DNA of 42,567 nucleotides from a virus. Taxonomy: Duplodnaviria; Caudoviricetes. The number at the start of each line of letters is the position of its first letter. Position 1 is the first letter of the stretch. The notes beneath the pieces are model-generated. The model was not told the origin of the DNA. It worked only from the letters and a program-made list of their open reading frames with translations, and made no database searches. The stretch is from positions 1 through 42,567 of IMG/VR virus record IMGVR_UViG_3300025018_000250; one strand, 5' to 3'. The position numbers were made by a program, and so were the translations under genes. Positions 42,558 to 42,567 of the stretch are shown piece after piece.

Positions 42558-42567
42558 AACCTGCTTA

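Overview
The window looks like an essentially complete ~42.5 kb genome of a temperate, cos-packaging siphophage, read from cos end to cos end. It is very GC-rich and probably infects an alphaproteobacterium (Rhodobacterales-like; inferred). Gene order: terS, a three-gene insert (Acb2/Tad1-like sponge, Lar-like Zn finger, small basic ORF), lambda-type terL/gpW/portal/S49 protease/scaffold/gpD/gpE head, neck, tail tube, tail chaperone with a -1 frameshift, tape measure, an RcGTA-type baseplate (DUF2460, DUF2163, NlpC/P60, megatron, DUF2793), two large mosaic fibre/depolymerase genes behind a small adaptor, and a lysis module with a GH19 endolysin. An intact attP carrying a tRNA-Glu-like 3' end, int and xis follow. 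Then come a long leftward early operon (second Lar, DUF4326, Gp37/Gp68, HNH pair, secreted thermonuclease), a cI/cro switch with TATGCG-N3-CGCATA operators, a replication gene with an iteron/DnaA-box origin, a putative late regulator and cosQ/cosN. All family calls come from motif recognition by eye, not database searches. The best candidates for something new are the anti-defence cassette inside the packaging operon, the modular fibre/depolymerase locus with swappable low-GC cassettes, the Lar-DUF4326-Gp37/68 cluster and a repressor that appears unable to autocleave.
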